A DNA stretch of 64,000 nucleotides from an uncultured Desulfovibrionaceae bacterium. GTDB lineage: Bacteria; Desulfobacterota; Desulfovibrionia; Desulfovibrionales; Desulfovibrionaceae. The number at the start of each line of letters is the position of its first letter. The stretch's first letter is position 1. The stretch is from NCBI GenBank assembly GCA_946528765.1, contig CAMMYV010000001.1, positions 3,133 through 67,132 on the forward strand, written 5' to 3'. This document shows, in pieces, positions 10,407-20,517 of the stretch. The notes beneath the pieces were generated by a model. The model worked only from the letters and a program-made list of their open reading frames with translations. It was not told where the DNA came from and searched no databases. Made by a program: the position numbers and the translations under genes.

Positions 10407-10880
10407 TTGAAACACGTCATCATCTACACGGACGGCTCCTGCCTCGGCAATCCCGGCTCGGGCGGGTGGTCAGCCATCCTCACCATGAAGGGCTCCGAGG
10501 CCCGCAAGGAAATCTGCGGCGGCTTCTCCCATACCACCAACAACCGCATGGAGATCCTGGCTGCCGTCAATGCCCTGGCCCTGCTGACGGAACCCTGCGA
10601 GGTCACCCTCCACTCCGACTCGCAGTACCTGTGCAACGCCGTCCAGAAGGGCTGGCTTGCCAGCTGGATCCGGCATGCCTGGATCAAGAGCGACAAGAAG
10701 CCCGTCAAGAACGTGGACCTCTGGATGCGGCTCGTGCCCCTGCTCAAGACCCACAAGGTCACCTTCAAGTGGCTGCGCGGCCACGCCGGCCATGCGGAGA
10801 ACGAGCGCTGCGACGAACTGGCCAGGGGGTGCGCGGCCAGAAAGGATCTGCCCGACGACACCGGCTACGAAGAGGAATAG
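10407..10880 (+). CDS. rnhA: Ribonuclease HI
   Basis: IYTDGSCLGNPG, TTNNRME, DSQY, KNVDLW, WLRGHAG..NERCD; TTG start after AAGGA. Confidence 0.95.
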   Translation: MKHVIIYTDGSCLGNPGSGGWSAILTMKGSEARKEICGGFSHTTNNRMEILAAVNALALLTEPCEVTLHSDSQYLCNAVQKGWLASWIRHAWIKSDKKPVKNVDLWMRLVPLLKTHKVTFKWLRGHAGHAENERCDELARGCAARKDLPDDTGYEEE

Positions 10881-10986
10881 GCTCAGGCTGGAGCAGGGCA
10901 GGGCAGGGCAGCCACCCGAAAAAGCCCCGCCGCAAGGACTCGAATAGAATATCCCTACCGCCGCCTGCGCGCGGCAAAGGCATGCC

Positions 10987-11223
10987 ATGCACGACGAGAC
11001 ACACTCCACGCCCCGCGCCGAGCAGACCGTCACCGTCCGCTTCATCCCCCAGGGAAGCGTCAGCACCGTCAAGCGGCCGAAGAACGTCCGCCAGCTTCTC
11101 CAGCGCCTCGGCATCATGGAGGAGACGGCCCTCGTCATCCGCGACGGACAGCTTCTCACCGAAGACCTGCCCATCTATCCCGGCCAGACCATCGACATCC
11201 AGCGCGTCGTCTCGGCAGGCTGA
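10987..11223 (+). CDS. ThiS/MoaD-like ubiquitin-fold small protein
   Basis: 78 aa; VRQLLQRLGI..ALVIRDGQLL..IYPGQTIDIQRVVSAG beta-grasp pattern with C-terminal Gly. Confidence 0.7.
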   Translation: MHDETHSTPRAEQTVTVRFIPQGSVSTVKRPKNVRQLLQRLGIMEETALVIRDGQLLTEDLPIYPGQTIDIQRVVSAG

Positions 11224-11251
11224 GCCCCAAAGCGCCATCAGGAGCACGCCC

Positions 11252-12124
11252 ATGCCCTTCCACTTCTCCGACGCCTTCGCCGAGAGCCTCCTCCTCGAGG
11301 ACTGCCCCTACGGCGACCTCACGACCGACGCCCTCGGCATAGGCGCTGCGTCCGGCCGCATGAGATTCTCTCCCCGGGCCCCCCGCTGCACCGTCTCCGG
11401 CATCGCCCTGGCCGCCAAAATCCTGCGCAAGGCGGGCCTCGATGTCCAGGAGTTGCTGGAAGACGGCAGCCTGGCCGAAGGCTGCCCCTGCCTGCTTGCG
11501 GCCTCGGGCAGGGCCTCCGGGCTCCACAGGGCCTGGAAGATGGCCCAGAACGTGCTCGAGTACATGACGGGCATCGCCACCCGCACAGCGCAGCTCATAG
11601 AGAACGCCCGCAGGGCGCGGCCGGACATCGCCGTGGCCGTGACGCGCAAGAATTTCCCCGGCGCCAAGCTGATGTGCCTCGCAGCCGCCACGGACGGCGG
11701 CGCCTCGGTGCACAGGGCAGGGCTCTCCGAAAGCGTCCTCGTCTTCGACAGGCACATGCTCTTTCTGGAAGGCGAAGACAAGATCGCCGCCCTCAAGGAG
11801 CGCCTGCCCCTGATGCGGGCCAAGGCCCCCGAAAAGCGCCTCGTCGCCGAAGCATCCACGCTGGAGGAGGCAGGCCGCCTTGCCGCCATAGGCCTCGATG
11901 CCATCCAGCTCGACAAGTTTTCCCCGGCAGACCTCGCCCAAGCCTGCAGGCTCATCCGCCAGACCTCTCCCGGCACCCTCGTGCTCGCGGCCGGCGGCAT
12001 CAACGCTTCCAACGCCTACGAGACAGCCCTGCAGGGGCCGGACGTGCTCGTCACCAGCTGGGTCTACTTCGGCAAGCCCCAGGATATCAAGGTCGACTTC
12101 GAACGCGCCGCGCAAGGCGCATAA
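11252..12124 (+). CDS. modD: ModD protein (NadC/QAPRTase-like)
   Basis: LLEDCPYGDLTT, WKMAQNVLEY, TRKNFPG, HRAGLSE, QLDKF, AAGGIN. Confidence 0.85.
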   Translation: MPFHFSDAFAESLLLEDCPYGDLTTDALGIGAASGRMRFSPRAPRCTVSGIALAAKILRKAGLDVQELLEDGSLAEGCPCLLAASGRASGLHRAWKMAQNVLEYMTGIATRTAQLIENARRARPDIAVAVTRKNFPGAKLMCLAAATDGGASVHRAGLSESVLVFDRHMLFLEGEDKIAALKERLPLMRAKAPEKRLVAEASTLEEAGRLAAIGLDAIQLDKFSPADLAQACRLIRQTSPGTLVLAAGGINASNAYETALQGPDVLVTSWVYFGKPQDIKVDFERAAQGA

Positions 12125-12139
12125 GGAGCAGCACAAGCC

Positions 12140-12823
12140 ATGCTCGATCTGTTCAGCAGCGCCAGCTTCGCCGAAACGGTGCGCCACTTCGCCATCGTCT
12201 TCATTCCCGCCTTCCTCGGCATCATCCTCCACGAAGTGGGCCACGGCTGGGCGGCCCTCAAGATGGGCGACCCCACGGCCAAGCTCATGGGGCGCATCAC
12301 GCTCAACCCCCTGCCGCACATCGACCCCATGGGCCTGCTGTGCTTCGTGCTCACGAGCCTCTCCGGCGCCTTCGTCTTCGGCTGGGCCAAGCCCGTGCCC
12401 GTGGACATGCGCAACTTCAGGGATCCCAGGAAGGGGATGCTGCTCTGCTCCCTCGCCGGCCCCGGGACCAACGTCGTCCTGGCTTTCCTCTTTGCAGGAG
12501 CGCTCAAGCTCTTCCTCGTCCTTGATCCGGGCGTTGCCTACAGCGCCTCGCCCACCGAGCTCTTTCTGGGCTCCACGCTCGCCGCGGGCGTGAGCATCAA
12601 CCTCTGCCTCGCCATCCTCAACATGCTTCCGGTTCCGCCTCTGGACGGCAGCAAGGTGCTGGCTTATTTTCTGCCTGCCCGCGCGGCCTTCTCCTACCTC
12701 GCCTGGCAGCGCTGGGGCTTTCTCGTCCTGCTGGTCCTGATTGTCGCAGGCCTGCTGGACAAGATTCTCGTTCCGCTTCTGCAGGGAAGCTACACGCTCG
12801 TGCTCAGCCTCTTCGGCATCTAA
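12140..12823 (+). CDS. Site-2 protease (M50) family protein
   Basis: HEVGH, NPLPHID, GWAKPVP, NMLPVPPLDG. Confidence 0.92.
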   Translation: MLDLFSSASFAETVRHFAIVFIPAFLGIILHEVGHGWAALKMGDPTAKLMGRITLNPLPHIDPMGLLCFVLTSLSGAFVFGWAKPVPVDMRNFRDPRKGMLLCSLAGPGTNVVLAFLFAGALKLFLVLDPGVAYSASPTELFLGSTLAAGVSINLCLAILNMLPVPPLDGSKVLAYFLPARAAFSYLAWQRWGFLVLLVLIVAGLLDKILVPLLQGSYTLVLSLFGI

Positions 12824-12844
12824 CTTCCAGTAAGGATTTTTCCC

Positions 12845-13828
12845 ATGAACAACGAACTCCGCACCTGTTCGGGCATGCGTCCCACCGGTCCCCTCCACCT
12901 CGGCCACTATTTCGGCGTCCTCAAGAACTGGGTGGAGCTCCAGAACACCCAGCGCGCCTTCTTCTTCGTGGCAGACTGGCACGCCCTGACCACGGACTTC
13001 AACCGCACCGAGCAGCTCCGGCAGAACACGCTGGAAATGGTCAAGGACTGGGTAGGCGCAGGCCTTGATCCCGACAAGTGCACCATCTTCCGCCAGTCCG
13101 ACCTCAAGGAGCACGCCGAGCTTTCCCTGCTGCTTTCGATGATCACCCCCGTCTCCTGGGTGGAGCGCAACCCCACCTACAAGGAACAGCAGCAGCAGAT
13201 CACCACCAAGGACCTCAGCAACACGGGCTTTCTCTGCTACCCCATCCTCATGGCTGCCGACATCCTCATGTACCGCCCCCAGGGCGTTCCGGTGGGCGAG
13301 GACCAGCTGCCGCACATGGAGCTCACCCGCGAAATCTGCCGCCGCTTCAATTTCCTCTACGGCGAGTACTTCCCCGAGCCCAAGGCCCTGCTGACGCCGG
13401 CGGCCAAGTGCCCCGGCCTGGACGGCCGCAAGATGTCCAAGAGCTACGACAACGGCATCTTCCTCAGCGACGAGTTCGGCAGCATCGAGGCCAAGGTGAA
13501 GACCATGTTCACCTATCCTCCGCGCGTGAAGAAGTCCGACCCCGGCTGTCCCGAGAAGTGCAACCTCTTCCCCTACCACGAGCTCCTGGCGAGTCCCGAG
13601 GAGCAGGCGGAGATCAAGGAAGGCTGCACCTCGGCCCAGCTTGGCTGCGTGCAGTGCAAGAAGATCTTCCTCAAGAACCTGCACAGCCTCCTCGATCCGC
13701 TCCAGGAGCGCAGGAAGGCGGTCAGCGACGAGGTCGCCCGAGACATCCTTCTGGCCGGCAACGAGAAGGCCAGGGCCTTTGCCCGCGGCACCATGGAAGA
13801 CGTGCGCCGGCTCGTCAAGATATTCTAG
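12845..13828 (+). CDS. trpS: Tryptophan--tRNA ligase
   Basis: SGMRPTG, HLGH, VPVGEDQ, KMSKS. Confidence 0.96.
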   Translation: MNNELRTCSGMRPTGPLHLGHYFGVLKNWVELQNTQRAFFFVADWHALTTDFNRTEQLRQNTLEMVKDWVGAGLDPDKCTIFRQSDLKEHAELSLLLSMITPVSWVERNPTYKEQQQQITTKDLSNTGFLCYPILMAADILMYRPQGVPVGEDQLPHMELTREICRRFNFLYGEYFPEPKALLTPAAKCPGLDGRKMSKSYDNGIFLSDEFGSIEAKVKTMFTYPPRVKKSDPGCPEKCNLFPYHELLASPEEQAEIKEGCTSAQLGCVQCKKIFLKNLHSLLDPLQERRKAVSDEVARDILLAGNEKARAFARGTMEDVRRLVKIF

Positions 13829-13886
13829 CCCGGGCATTCCGGCCCCAGGGGCGATCCCCGGGGCCGGAGCCACGTCCGCGCCCGCC

Positions 13887-14378
13887 ATGAAGCTTGTCGG
13901 CATCGACTACGGCCTCGTCCGCACCGGACTTGCGGCCACGGATCCGGACGGCGTGCTCGCCTATCCCCTGACGACCCTCGACCTCAACGCCTTCCCCAGC
14001 CGCAAGGCCCTGCTGGAGGCCCTTGCCGGGATCATCCGGCAGGAGCGGCCCGGCGCCGTCGTCGTGGGCCTGCCCCTGATGCCGGACGGCACGGAGTCCC
14101 TCACGACCCGCCAAGTGCGCAACTTCGCCTCCCGCCTCGTGCACCGCACGGACTGTCCCGTGCTCTTCATGGAGGAGCTGCTCAGCTCCGAAGAGGCGGC
14201 CTGGGATCTGTCCGAGGCCGGAGTCAGGGACAGGAAGCGGCGCAAGGCCGTGCTGGACCAGCAGGCGGCGGTGCGCATCCTTGAGAGCTATCTCCACCAG
14301 CCCGAATGCGCCCGGCCGGTGGACGTGCGCTGGAAGAGCCCGAGCCAGGAAAAGCAGGGCCGGCCAGAGCAGGACTAG
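13887..14378 (+). CDS. yqgF: YqgF/RuvX Holliday-junction-resolvase-like nuclease
   Basis: GIDYG, VVGLP, EELLSS, DQQAAVRILE. Confidence 0.9.
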   Translation: MKLVGIDYGLVRTGLAATDPDGVLAYPLTTLDLNAFPSRKALLEALAGIIRQERPGAVVVGLPLMPDGTESLTTRQVRNFASRLVHRTDCPVLFMEELLSSEEAAWDLSEAGVRDRKRRKAVLDQQAAVRILESYLHQPECARPVDVRWKSPSQEKQGRPEQD

Positions 14379-14420
14379 GCGCGACAAAGTCCAGCAAGAC
14401 CGGAAAAGCGGAGGGGAGCC

Positions 14421-15464
14421 ATGCTGAAACTGCTCGTCAAGGTACTCTGCGTCCTCGGCCTCATGGCTGCGTGCGCGGCCGGCTGGGGCGTCTGGGAGGC
14501 CAAGCGCTTTCTGGAGACCCCGCCCGCCAGGCCTGGCCAGGAGGTCTACTTCGACGTGGCGCCCGGCGCAACGCTGGCCAGAATTGCCAGGCAGCTGGAA
14601 GAGAAGGGCATCGTAGCGGACGAGTTCAAGTTCCGCCTGCTTGCCCGCTGGAAGAAGCAGAGCTCGAAGCTCCAGGCGGGACGCTTCCTGCTCTCCACCG
14701 GCTGGACGCCGGAGAAGGTGCTGGACAGCCTTGTCAACGGCAAGCCCGCCTTCACCCGCATCACCATTCCCGAAGGACTCGCCTGGTGGCAGACGGCGGC
14801 CCTCATCGAAGAAAGCGGCATGGCCAAGGCCAGCGACTTTGCCGAGGTGATCAGGGATCCGGAGTTCCTGCGCCACTACGGCATCCCCTTCGAGACGGCG
14901 GAGGGCTTCCTCATGCCCGACACCTACCTGCTCAAGACCCTCCTTGAGGGCCAGCCCCTCGACAGGGCCCAGGCCCGTGCCGTGGCGGGCAGGATGGTGG
15001 ACAACTTCTGGCGCAAGGCCCAGGAGGTCTGGCCCTCGGGCAAGCCCTCCCGCGACGAGCTGAAGACCGCCGTCATCCTTGCCTCCATCGTGGAGAAGGA
15101 GACCGCCATCGCCGCCGAGCGCCCCCGGGTTGCCGGCGTCTACGCCAACAGGCTGGCCAAGGGCATGCTCCTGCAGGCCGACCCAACGGTGATCTACGGC
15201 CTCGGCCAGAGCTTCAACGGCAACCTGACCAAGGCCAATCTCCAGGATCCCCGCAATCTCTACAACACCTACAAGCTGCCGGGACTCCCGCCCACCCCCA
15301 TCTGCTCCTTCGGCGTCTCGGCCCTCAAGGCCGCGGTTCATCCGGAAAAGCACGAATTCCTCTACTTCGTAGCCGTCACGGACGGCGGATCCCACGCCTT
15401 CAGCAAAACCCTCCAGGAGCACAACCAGGCCGTGAGGGGGTATCTGCAGAACAGGAAAAAGTAG
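14421..15464 (+). CDS. mltG: Endolytic transglycosylase MltG
   Basis: TIPEG, EGFLMPDTY, LASIVEKET, LQADPT, YNTY..GLPPTPI. Confidence 0.95.
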   Translation: MLKLLVKVLCVLGLMAACAAGWGVWEAKRFLETPPARPGQEVYFDVAPGATLARIARQLEEKGIVADEFKFRLLARWKKQSSKLQAGRFLLSTGWTPEKVLDSLVNGKPAFTRITIPEGLAWWQTAALIEESGMAKASDFAEVIRDPEFLRHYGIPFETAEGFLMPDTYLLKTLLEGQPLDRAQARAVAGRMVDNFWRKAQEVWPSGKPSRDELKTAVILASIVEKETAIAAERPRVAGVYANRLAKGMLLQADPTVIYGLGQSFNGNLTKANLQDPRNLYNTYKLPGLPPTPICSFGVSALKAAVHPEKHEFLYFVAVTDGGSHAFSKTLQEHNQAVRGYLQNRKK

Positions 15465-15689
15465 CCGCGGACAGCCTTCTGCCTGGACGCCCTGCAGGGC
15501 AAAGAAAAAACATTTTGAAAAACAATCAGTTAGAGGAAAACTGTCTTTACAAACTAAAAGCTTGGGCGCTATCGTTGATGACGCTGTCCGGGCCGCAGCA
15601 AGGCGCGCCCCGGCCAAAGCCTGCCCTTAACCCGAAAACCGCAGGGACCACGCCGCCGTGTCCGGTCTGCCTGTTTGTGGAGGTTCGCC

Positions 15690-15956
15690 ATGAAGTACTT
15701 GATCGTCGAAGACTTTTCCGGCCAGCCGGTGCCCTTCGTCTTCCCCCGCAGGGTTGACCATGCAGACATGTTCGAGCAGCTCCCCTACGGCAAGATCATC
15801 TCTGCCGGCTACGTGGAGCTCGGCTCCGACGGCTTCGCCTGCTTTGGCGGCAATGCCGAACTCGAGGTCAAGGCAAGGCCCCAGGAGGATGCCGCCGTCC
15901 TTGCCGAAGCGCTCCGGGTCAGGCCCCGCGACGAGAAGTTCCGTCCGCAGCAGTAG
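15690..15956 (+). CDS. Hypothetical protein
   Basis: GGAGG RBS + MKYLIVEDFSGQPVPFVFP; typical codon usage. Confidence 0.75.
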   Translation: MKYLIVEDFSGQPVPFVFPRRVDHADMFEQLPYGKIISAGYVELGSDGFACFGGNAELEVKARPQEDAAVLAEALRVRPRDEKFRPQQ

Positions 15957-15975
15957 CCTGCGGCAAGCCATAGCC

Positions 15976-16015
15976 AAAGCAAAGCGCGCCCCCCTTGGGA
16001 GGCGCGCTTTGCTTT
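15976..16015. terminator. Bidirectional terminator
   Basis: AAAGCAAAGCGCGCC..GGCGCGCTTTGCTTT 15-bp inverted repeat between convergent genes. Confidence 0.85.
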
Positions 16016-16054
16016 CAGGAAATTCAGGAAAGGAAGGCGAGGCAGGAGCCGGCG

Positions 16055-16927
16055 CTACTTGGCAGGGCTCGGCTCCTCGACGATTTCCGCATCCGCCACG
16101 TCCTCGGCCGCACTGGGCTCGCCGGCGCCGTCCTCCTTGGAAGCCGCGCCGGGAGAGGGGGGCAGGGCGGCCTGGGGCTTGCCGCTCTCGATGGGCACTA
16201 TGCGTCCGTCCTCCAGCTTTAGCGGCTCGCTGCCCTTGCTGGCAATGATGATGCCGGTCTTCTCCAGCACCTTGAGACGGTAGGCGTACTCCTGCTGCAT
16301 CCTGTTGTGCCGGGCGATGAAAATCTGCCTGACGATGTAGCAGACAATGAGAAAGACGGTGAGGCTTCCAAGTATCCAGGGAAGGTAGGGCAGGATGCCG
16401 CGCCCCATGCTGAGGAGCACGTCCATGGCGCTGTCCAGGAAGAAGAGCGCCCCGCCAAGGACGATGAGCCCCAGCAGCACGACGATGGTCGGCGCATGCT
16501 TGACGATGGCGTAGAGGCGCTGCACGCGCTCCGGCACCTCCTCGCCGCCTGCGTCCGCCAGGCCCTCGGCCGAGGTGGCGTTCAGGGAGCGGGAGAAGTA
16601 CTGCCCGGAAAGGTGGAGAATAAGCAGGAGGCCGACCGGAGAGAGTATGGCGGCAATGAGCCATCCCACCCAGGGAAAGCTGGCCATGCGGACGCCGTCC
16701 GGCCCCATGGGCTCGGCGTGCACCACGCCGTAGAAGAAGGCCACCGCACCAACAATGAGCTCCAGAAAGGCCACAGCAATGAGGTAGTAGACCACTATCT
16801 CCCTGTTCTGGCCGTCATACCAGTTCCGGCGAAGGGTTCTGCGGGCCTGCTCGCTGGCCTTGGACTGGCCCTGCGCGCCGTTGCCGGCTTTCGCCTGGCC
16901 CGCCTGCTTTGCATCAGTCTTGTTCAC
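16055..16927 (-). CDS. Membrane protein of unknown function (about 4 TM)
   Basis: Four hydrophobic helices and an acidic tail; GTG 16927 after GGAG chosen as start (uncertain). Confidence 0.7.
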   Translation of the reverse strand: MNKTDAKQAGQAKAGNGAQGQSKASEQARRTLRRNWYDGQNREIVVYYLIAVAFLELIVGAVAFFYGVVHAEPMGPDGVRMASFPWVGWLIAAILSPVGLLLILHLSGQYFSRSLNATSAEGLADAGGEEVPERVQRLYAIVKHAPTIVVLLGLIVLGGALFFLDSAMDVLLSMGRGILPYLPWILGSLTVFLIVCYIVRQIFIARHNRMQQEYAYRLKVLEKTGIIIASKGSEPLKLEDGRIVPIESGKPQAALPPSPGAASKEDGAGEPSAAEDVADAEIVEEPSPAK

Positions 16928-17249
16928 GTCGATCAACTCCAGCTTTGCCGCAGCCCCCGGCAGCTGTGCGGATCTGCTCTGCCTGAAGCAGACCCTGCAG
17001 ACAAAAACGGGACTGCAGTCCAAAGCCCGCTTCTATACCTTGCGAGGGGCCACTTCCGCAAGCGTCGTCACGGGCAAAAATCCTCCAGTCAAGCCCCTTG
17101 CCGGTTCGCCCAAGCCCCCGGGCAGCCCCGCACTGCCTTCCTCCAGCGGCAGTTCAAAACAGGGCGCAAGCTTGCGCGATGCAGGCTCTTGGCCTATTTT
17201 TCGCGCACCAAGGAATTCCGGAACAGCAGGGATCCCCAAGGAGCGTTCC

Positions 17250-18266
17250 ATGCATGCACTCGTCACAGGCGCAGCCGGCTTTATCGGTTTCCACCTGGCC
17301 AGGCTTCTGCTTGGCCAAGGCCACCGCGTCACCGGCATCGACAATCTCTGCGACTACTACAGCGTGCGGCTCAAGGAGGACCGCCTGCACCTCCTCGAGG
17401 GCATGGAGGGCTTCTCCTTCGTCAAGGGCGATCTGGCCGACAAGGCCTGCATGGAGCGCCTTTTCGCGGAAGGCGGCTTCACCCACGTGGTCAACCTGGC
17501 GGCCCAGGCCGGCGTCAGGTACAGCCTGATCAATCCCATGGCCTACATTTCCTCCAACATCGTCGGCTTTGCCAACATCCTGGAGGGCTGCCGCAGGCAT
17601 GCCGTGAGGCACCTCGTCTTTGCCTCCTCGTCCTCGGTCTACGGCCTCGACGCCACCCAGCCCTATACGCCCCACCAGGCCGCCAGCCATCCAGTGAGCC
17701 TCTACGCAGCCACCAAGCGCAGCGACGAACTCATGGCCCACGCCTACGCCCACCTCTACGGCATCCCCTGCACGGGCCTGCGCTTCTTCACGGTCTACGG
17801 CCCCTGGGGCAGGCCGGACATGGCGCTCAGCATCTTTGCCTCGGCCATGCGCCGGGGCGAGCCCATCAAGATCTTCAACCAGGGCCGCATGCGCCGGGAC
17901 TTCACCTACATCGACGACATCGTGGAGCCCATGGCCCGCCTGCTGGACATGCCGCCTGCCGCCAATCCCGGCTGGGACGCGGCCTCGGCGGATCCTGCCA
18001 CCAGCTCCGCCCCCTGGCGCATCCTCAACCTCGGCCGGGGGCAGACCGTGGAGCTTGGGCGCTTCATCGAAACCCTGGAGGAGGTCATGGGAAGAGCCGC
18101 CGTCAAGGAATACCTCCCCATGCAGGACGGCGACGTGCTCTCGACCTGGTCCGACATCAGCGATGCGGAGGCCCTCACGGGCTGGACGCCCCGAACCTCC
18201 CTCAAGGAGGGCATAGCCCGCTTCTACGAGTGGTTTGCCTCCTACTACGATCCCTCCCGCTGCTAG
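17250..18266 (+). CDS. UDP-glucuronate 4-epimerase-like NAD-dependent epimerase
   Basis: TGAAGFIG, NLAAQAGVRYS, ASSSSVYG, YAATK, RFFTVYGPWGRPDMA. Confidence 0.92.
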   Translation: MHALVTGAAGFIGFHLARLLLGQGHRVTGIDNLCDYYSVRLKEDRLHLLEGMEGFSFVKGDLADKACMERLFAEGGFTHVVNLAAQAGVRYSLINPMAYISSNIVGFANILEGCRRHAVRHLVFASSSSVYGLDATQPYTPHQAASHPVSLYAATKRSDELMAHAYAHLYGIPCTGLRFFTVYGPWGRPDMALSIFASAMRRGEPIKIFNQGRMRRDFTYIDDIVEPMARLLDMPPAANPGWDAASADPATSSAPWRILNLGRGQTVELGRFIETLEEVMGRAAVKEYLPMQDGDVLSTWSDISDAEALTGWTPRTSLKEGIARFYEWFASYYDPSRC

Positions 18267-18311
18267 CGCCTTTTCAACGCCATCCCGACTTCATACCGAC
18301 TGGACTTTGCC

Positions 18312-20507
18312 ATGAGCCGATTCGAAGGCCCCGAGCCAACCCCCGAACGCCCAGAAATCCTCGCGCCTGCCGGCGACGTCTCCTGCTTCCTGGCCGCCCT
18401 CGCCGCCGGAGCAGACAACATCTATCTCGGACTCAAGCAGTTTTCGGCCCGCATGCAGGCAGAAAACTTCGGCCTGACCGAACTCTCGAAGCTGACGGAC
18501 CTCGCCCACGAGGCGGGCTGCCGGGTGACGGTGGCCATGAACACGCTCATCAAGCAGCAGGAGCTCGATCCGGCCTTCCGCCTCGTCAACCGCCTGGAGT
18601 CCCAGGTCGGCTGCGACGGCCTCATCGTCCAGGATCTGGCCATGATCGACGTGGCCCGCCAGGCCGGCTTCACCGGTTCCATCACGCTCTCCACGCTGGC
18701 CAACCTCACCCATCCCGAGGCGCTCCAGCAGGCCAAGGCCCTTGGCGCCGACCGCGTCGTGCTCCCGAGGGAACTGTCCATCGACGAGATGCGCCAGATG
18801 GCCGAAGCCTGCCCCGACGGCGTGGCGCTCGAGTGCTTCATCCACGGCGCGCTGTGCTACTGCGTGTCGGGACGCTGCTACTGGTCCAGCTACATGGGCG
18901 GCAAGAGCGGCCTGAGGGGGCGCTGCGTGCAGCCTTGCCGGCGCATCTACACCCAGGGAGGCAGCGCCCTCCAGGGCCTCTACCAGAAGGTCCAGCGCGA
19001 CGAGGCCACAAGGCGCTCCGAGCGCCAGGACAGAGGCAGGGGAGGCAGGCCCGACAGGTTCAGCCGCTTCGACCGCACGGCAGACCGCCGGGAAGAGCGC
19101 TCCGGCCGCCAGGACGGCAAGTTCCGCGTCCAGGGGACCAAGTTCCAGAGCGGGCGCTACTTCTCCTGCCAGGACCTCTCCCTCGACGTGCTCGTCAAGA
19201 CCGTCACCGGCATTCCCCACCTCGTCTCCTGGAAGATCGAAGGCCGCAAGAAGGGACCGCACTATGTCTACCACGCCGTTGCGGCCTACCGGCTGCTCAG
19301 GGACAATCCCGGCGATCCCAAGGCCAGAAAGATGGCCGAGGACATTCTCGACCTCGCCCTCGGCCGTCCGCGCACCCGGGCCCGCTTCCTGCCCCAGCGC
19401 CCCGCCGTGCCGGTGGATCCGGCAGGCCAGACCAGCTCCGGCCTGCTCGTCGGCAAGACGGGCATCAACCAGCAGGGCCTGCCCTACACCAAGCCCTTCA
19501 TCCCGCTCCTGCCAAAGGACTACCTGCGCATCGGCGTCGAGGACGAAAACTGGCACACGACCCTGCCCGTGCCCAAGTTTACGCCCAAGGGCGGAACCCT
19601 CCTCCTGCGCATCCCCAAGCACAAGACGCCCAAGGCCGGCGTTGCCGTCTATCTCATCGACCGCCGCGAAAAGGAGCTCACGCAGATTCTTGCCGACTGG
19701 CAGGCCAGGCTCGACCTCATGGAACCGAGGCCAACCCGGATGGTGCATGCCAGGCCCCGCGCCGTGCAGCCCTGCCAGCGCGCAAAGCTTCCCGACATGA
19801 TAGTGCAGGCGAGCCTGCCCGAGGGCAAGGAGACGAGAGGCGCCCGGAAGTTCCTCTCCTGCCTCTGGCTCTCCGCCAAGTCGGCCGCCATCTCCCACAC
19901 GGTGATGAACCGCTTCGGCTGGTGGCTCCCGCCGGTGATCTGGCCCGACGAGGAGGAGACCTTCCAGAAGCTCGTGGCCCAGCTCTGGCGTGCCGGCGCC
20001 CGCAGGTTCACCTGCAATGCGCCCTGGCAGATTGGCTTCTTCACCGAAGAGATGCGCAGGGATCCGGACATCGCCCTGACGGCCGGCCCCTTCTGCAACA
20101 TCGCCAACGCGCAGGCCTGCGGCGTGCTCAAGCAGATGGGCTTCACCTCAGCCGTCGCCTCGCCGGAGCTGCCGGGCGCGGACTTGCTGGCCCTGCCCAA
20201 GGCAAGCCCGCTTCCCCTGGGCATCGTGCTCTCCGGCTCCTGGCCCGTGGGCATGAGCCGCTTCGGCACGCTCGGCGTGCGCCTCAACGAGCCCTTCATG
20301 ACGCCCCGCGGCGAGGCCTTCTGGGCCAGGCAGTACGGCGAGAACACCTGGATCTACCCCGCCTGGCAGCTCAACATTCTCGAGCATAAAGCGGAGCTTG
20401 AAAAGGCCGGCTACAGCTTCTTCGTCTCCCTGAAGGAGAACGTGCCCAAGTCCCTGCCCCAGCTGAACAGGCCAGGCCTCTTCAACTGGGACAACCCGCT
20501 GCTCTAG
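18312..20507 (+). CDS. Peptidase U32 family protein (RlhA-like RNA hydroxylase)
   Basis: PEILAPAG, LPRELS, HGALC..SGRC, RGRCVQPCR, KIEGR. Confidence 0.85.
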   Translation: MSRFEGPEPTPERPEILAPAGDVSCFLAALAAGADNIYLGLKQFSARMQAENFGLTELSKLTDLAHEAGCRVTVAMNTLIKQQELDPAFRLVNRLESQVGCDGLIVQDLAMIDVARQAGFTGSITLSTLANLTHPEALQQAKALGADRVVLPRELSIDEMRQMAEACPDGVALECFIHGALCYCVSGRCYWSSYMGGKSGLRGRCVQPCRRIYTQGGSALQGLYQKVQRDEATRRSERQDRGRGGRPDRFSRFDRTADRREERSGRQDGKFRVQGTKFQSGRYFSCQDLSLDVLVKTVTGIPHLVSWKIEGRKKGPHYVYHAVAAYRLLRDNPGDPKARKMAEDILDLALGRPRTRARFLPQRPAVPVDPAGQTSSGLLVGKTGINQQGLPYTKPFIPLLPKDYLRIGVEDENWHTTLPVPKFTPKGGTLLLRIPKHKTPKAGVAVYLIDRREKELTQILADWQARLDLMEPRPTRMVHARPRAVQPCQRAKLPDMIVQASLPEGKETRGARKFLSCLWLSAKSAAISHTVMNRFGWWLPPVIWPDEEETFQKLVAQLWRAGARRFTCNAPWQIGFFTEEMRRDPDIALTAGPFCNIANAQACGVLKQMGFTSAVASPELPGADLLALPKASPLPLGIVLSGSWPVGMSRFGTLGVRLNEPFMTPRGEAFWARQYGENTWIYPAWQLNILEHKAELEKAGYSFFVSLKENVPKSLPQLNRPGLFNWDNPLL

Positions 20508-20517
20508 GAGCAGGGCC

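Noticed and set aside
10466-11251. 552-aa ORF suggesting an extended ModD fusion
   Set aside because: The upstream part overlaps rnhA and the ThiS-like gene in another frame; ModD starts at ATG 11252 with its own AGGAG RBS
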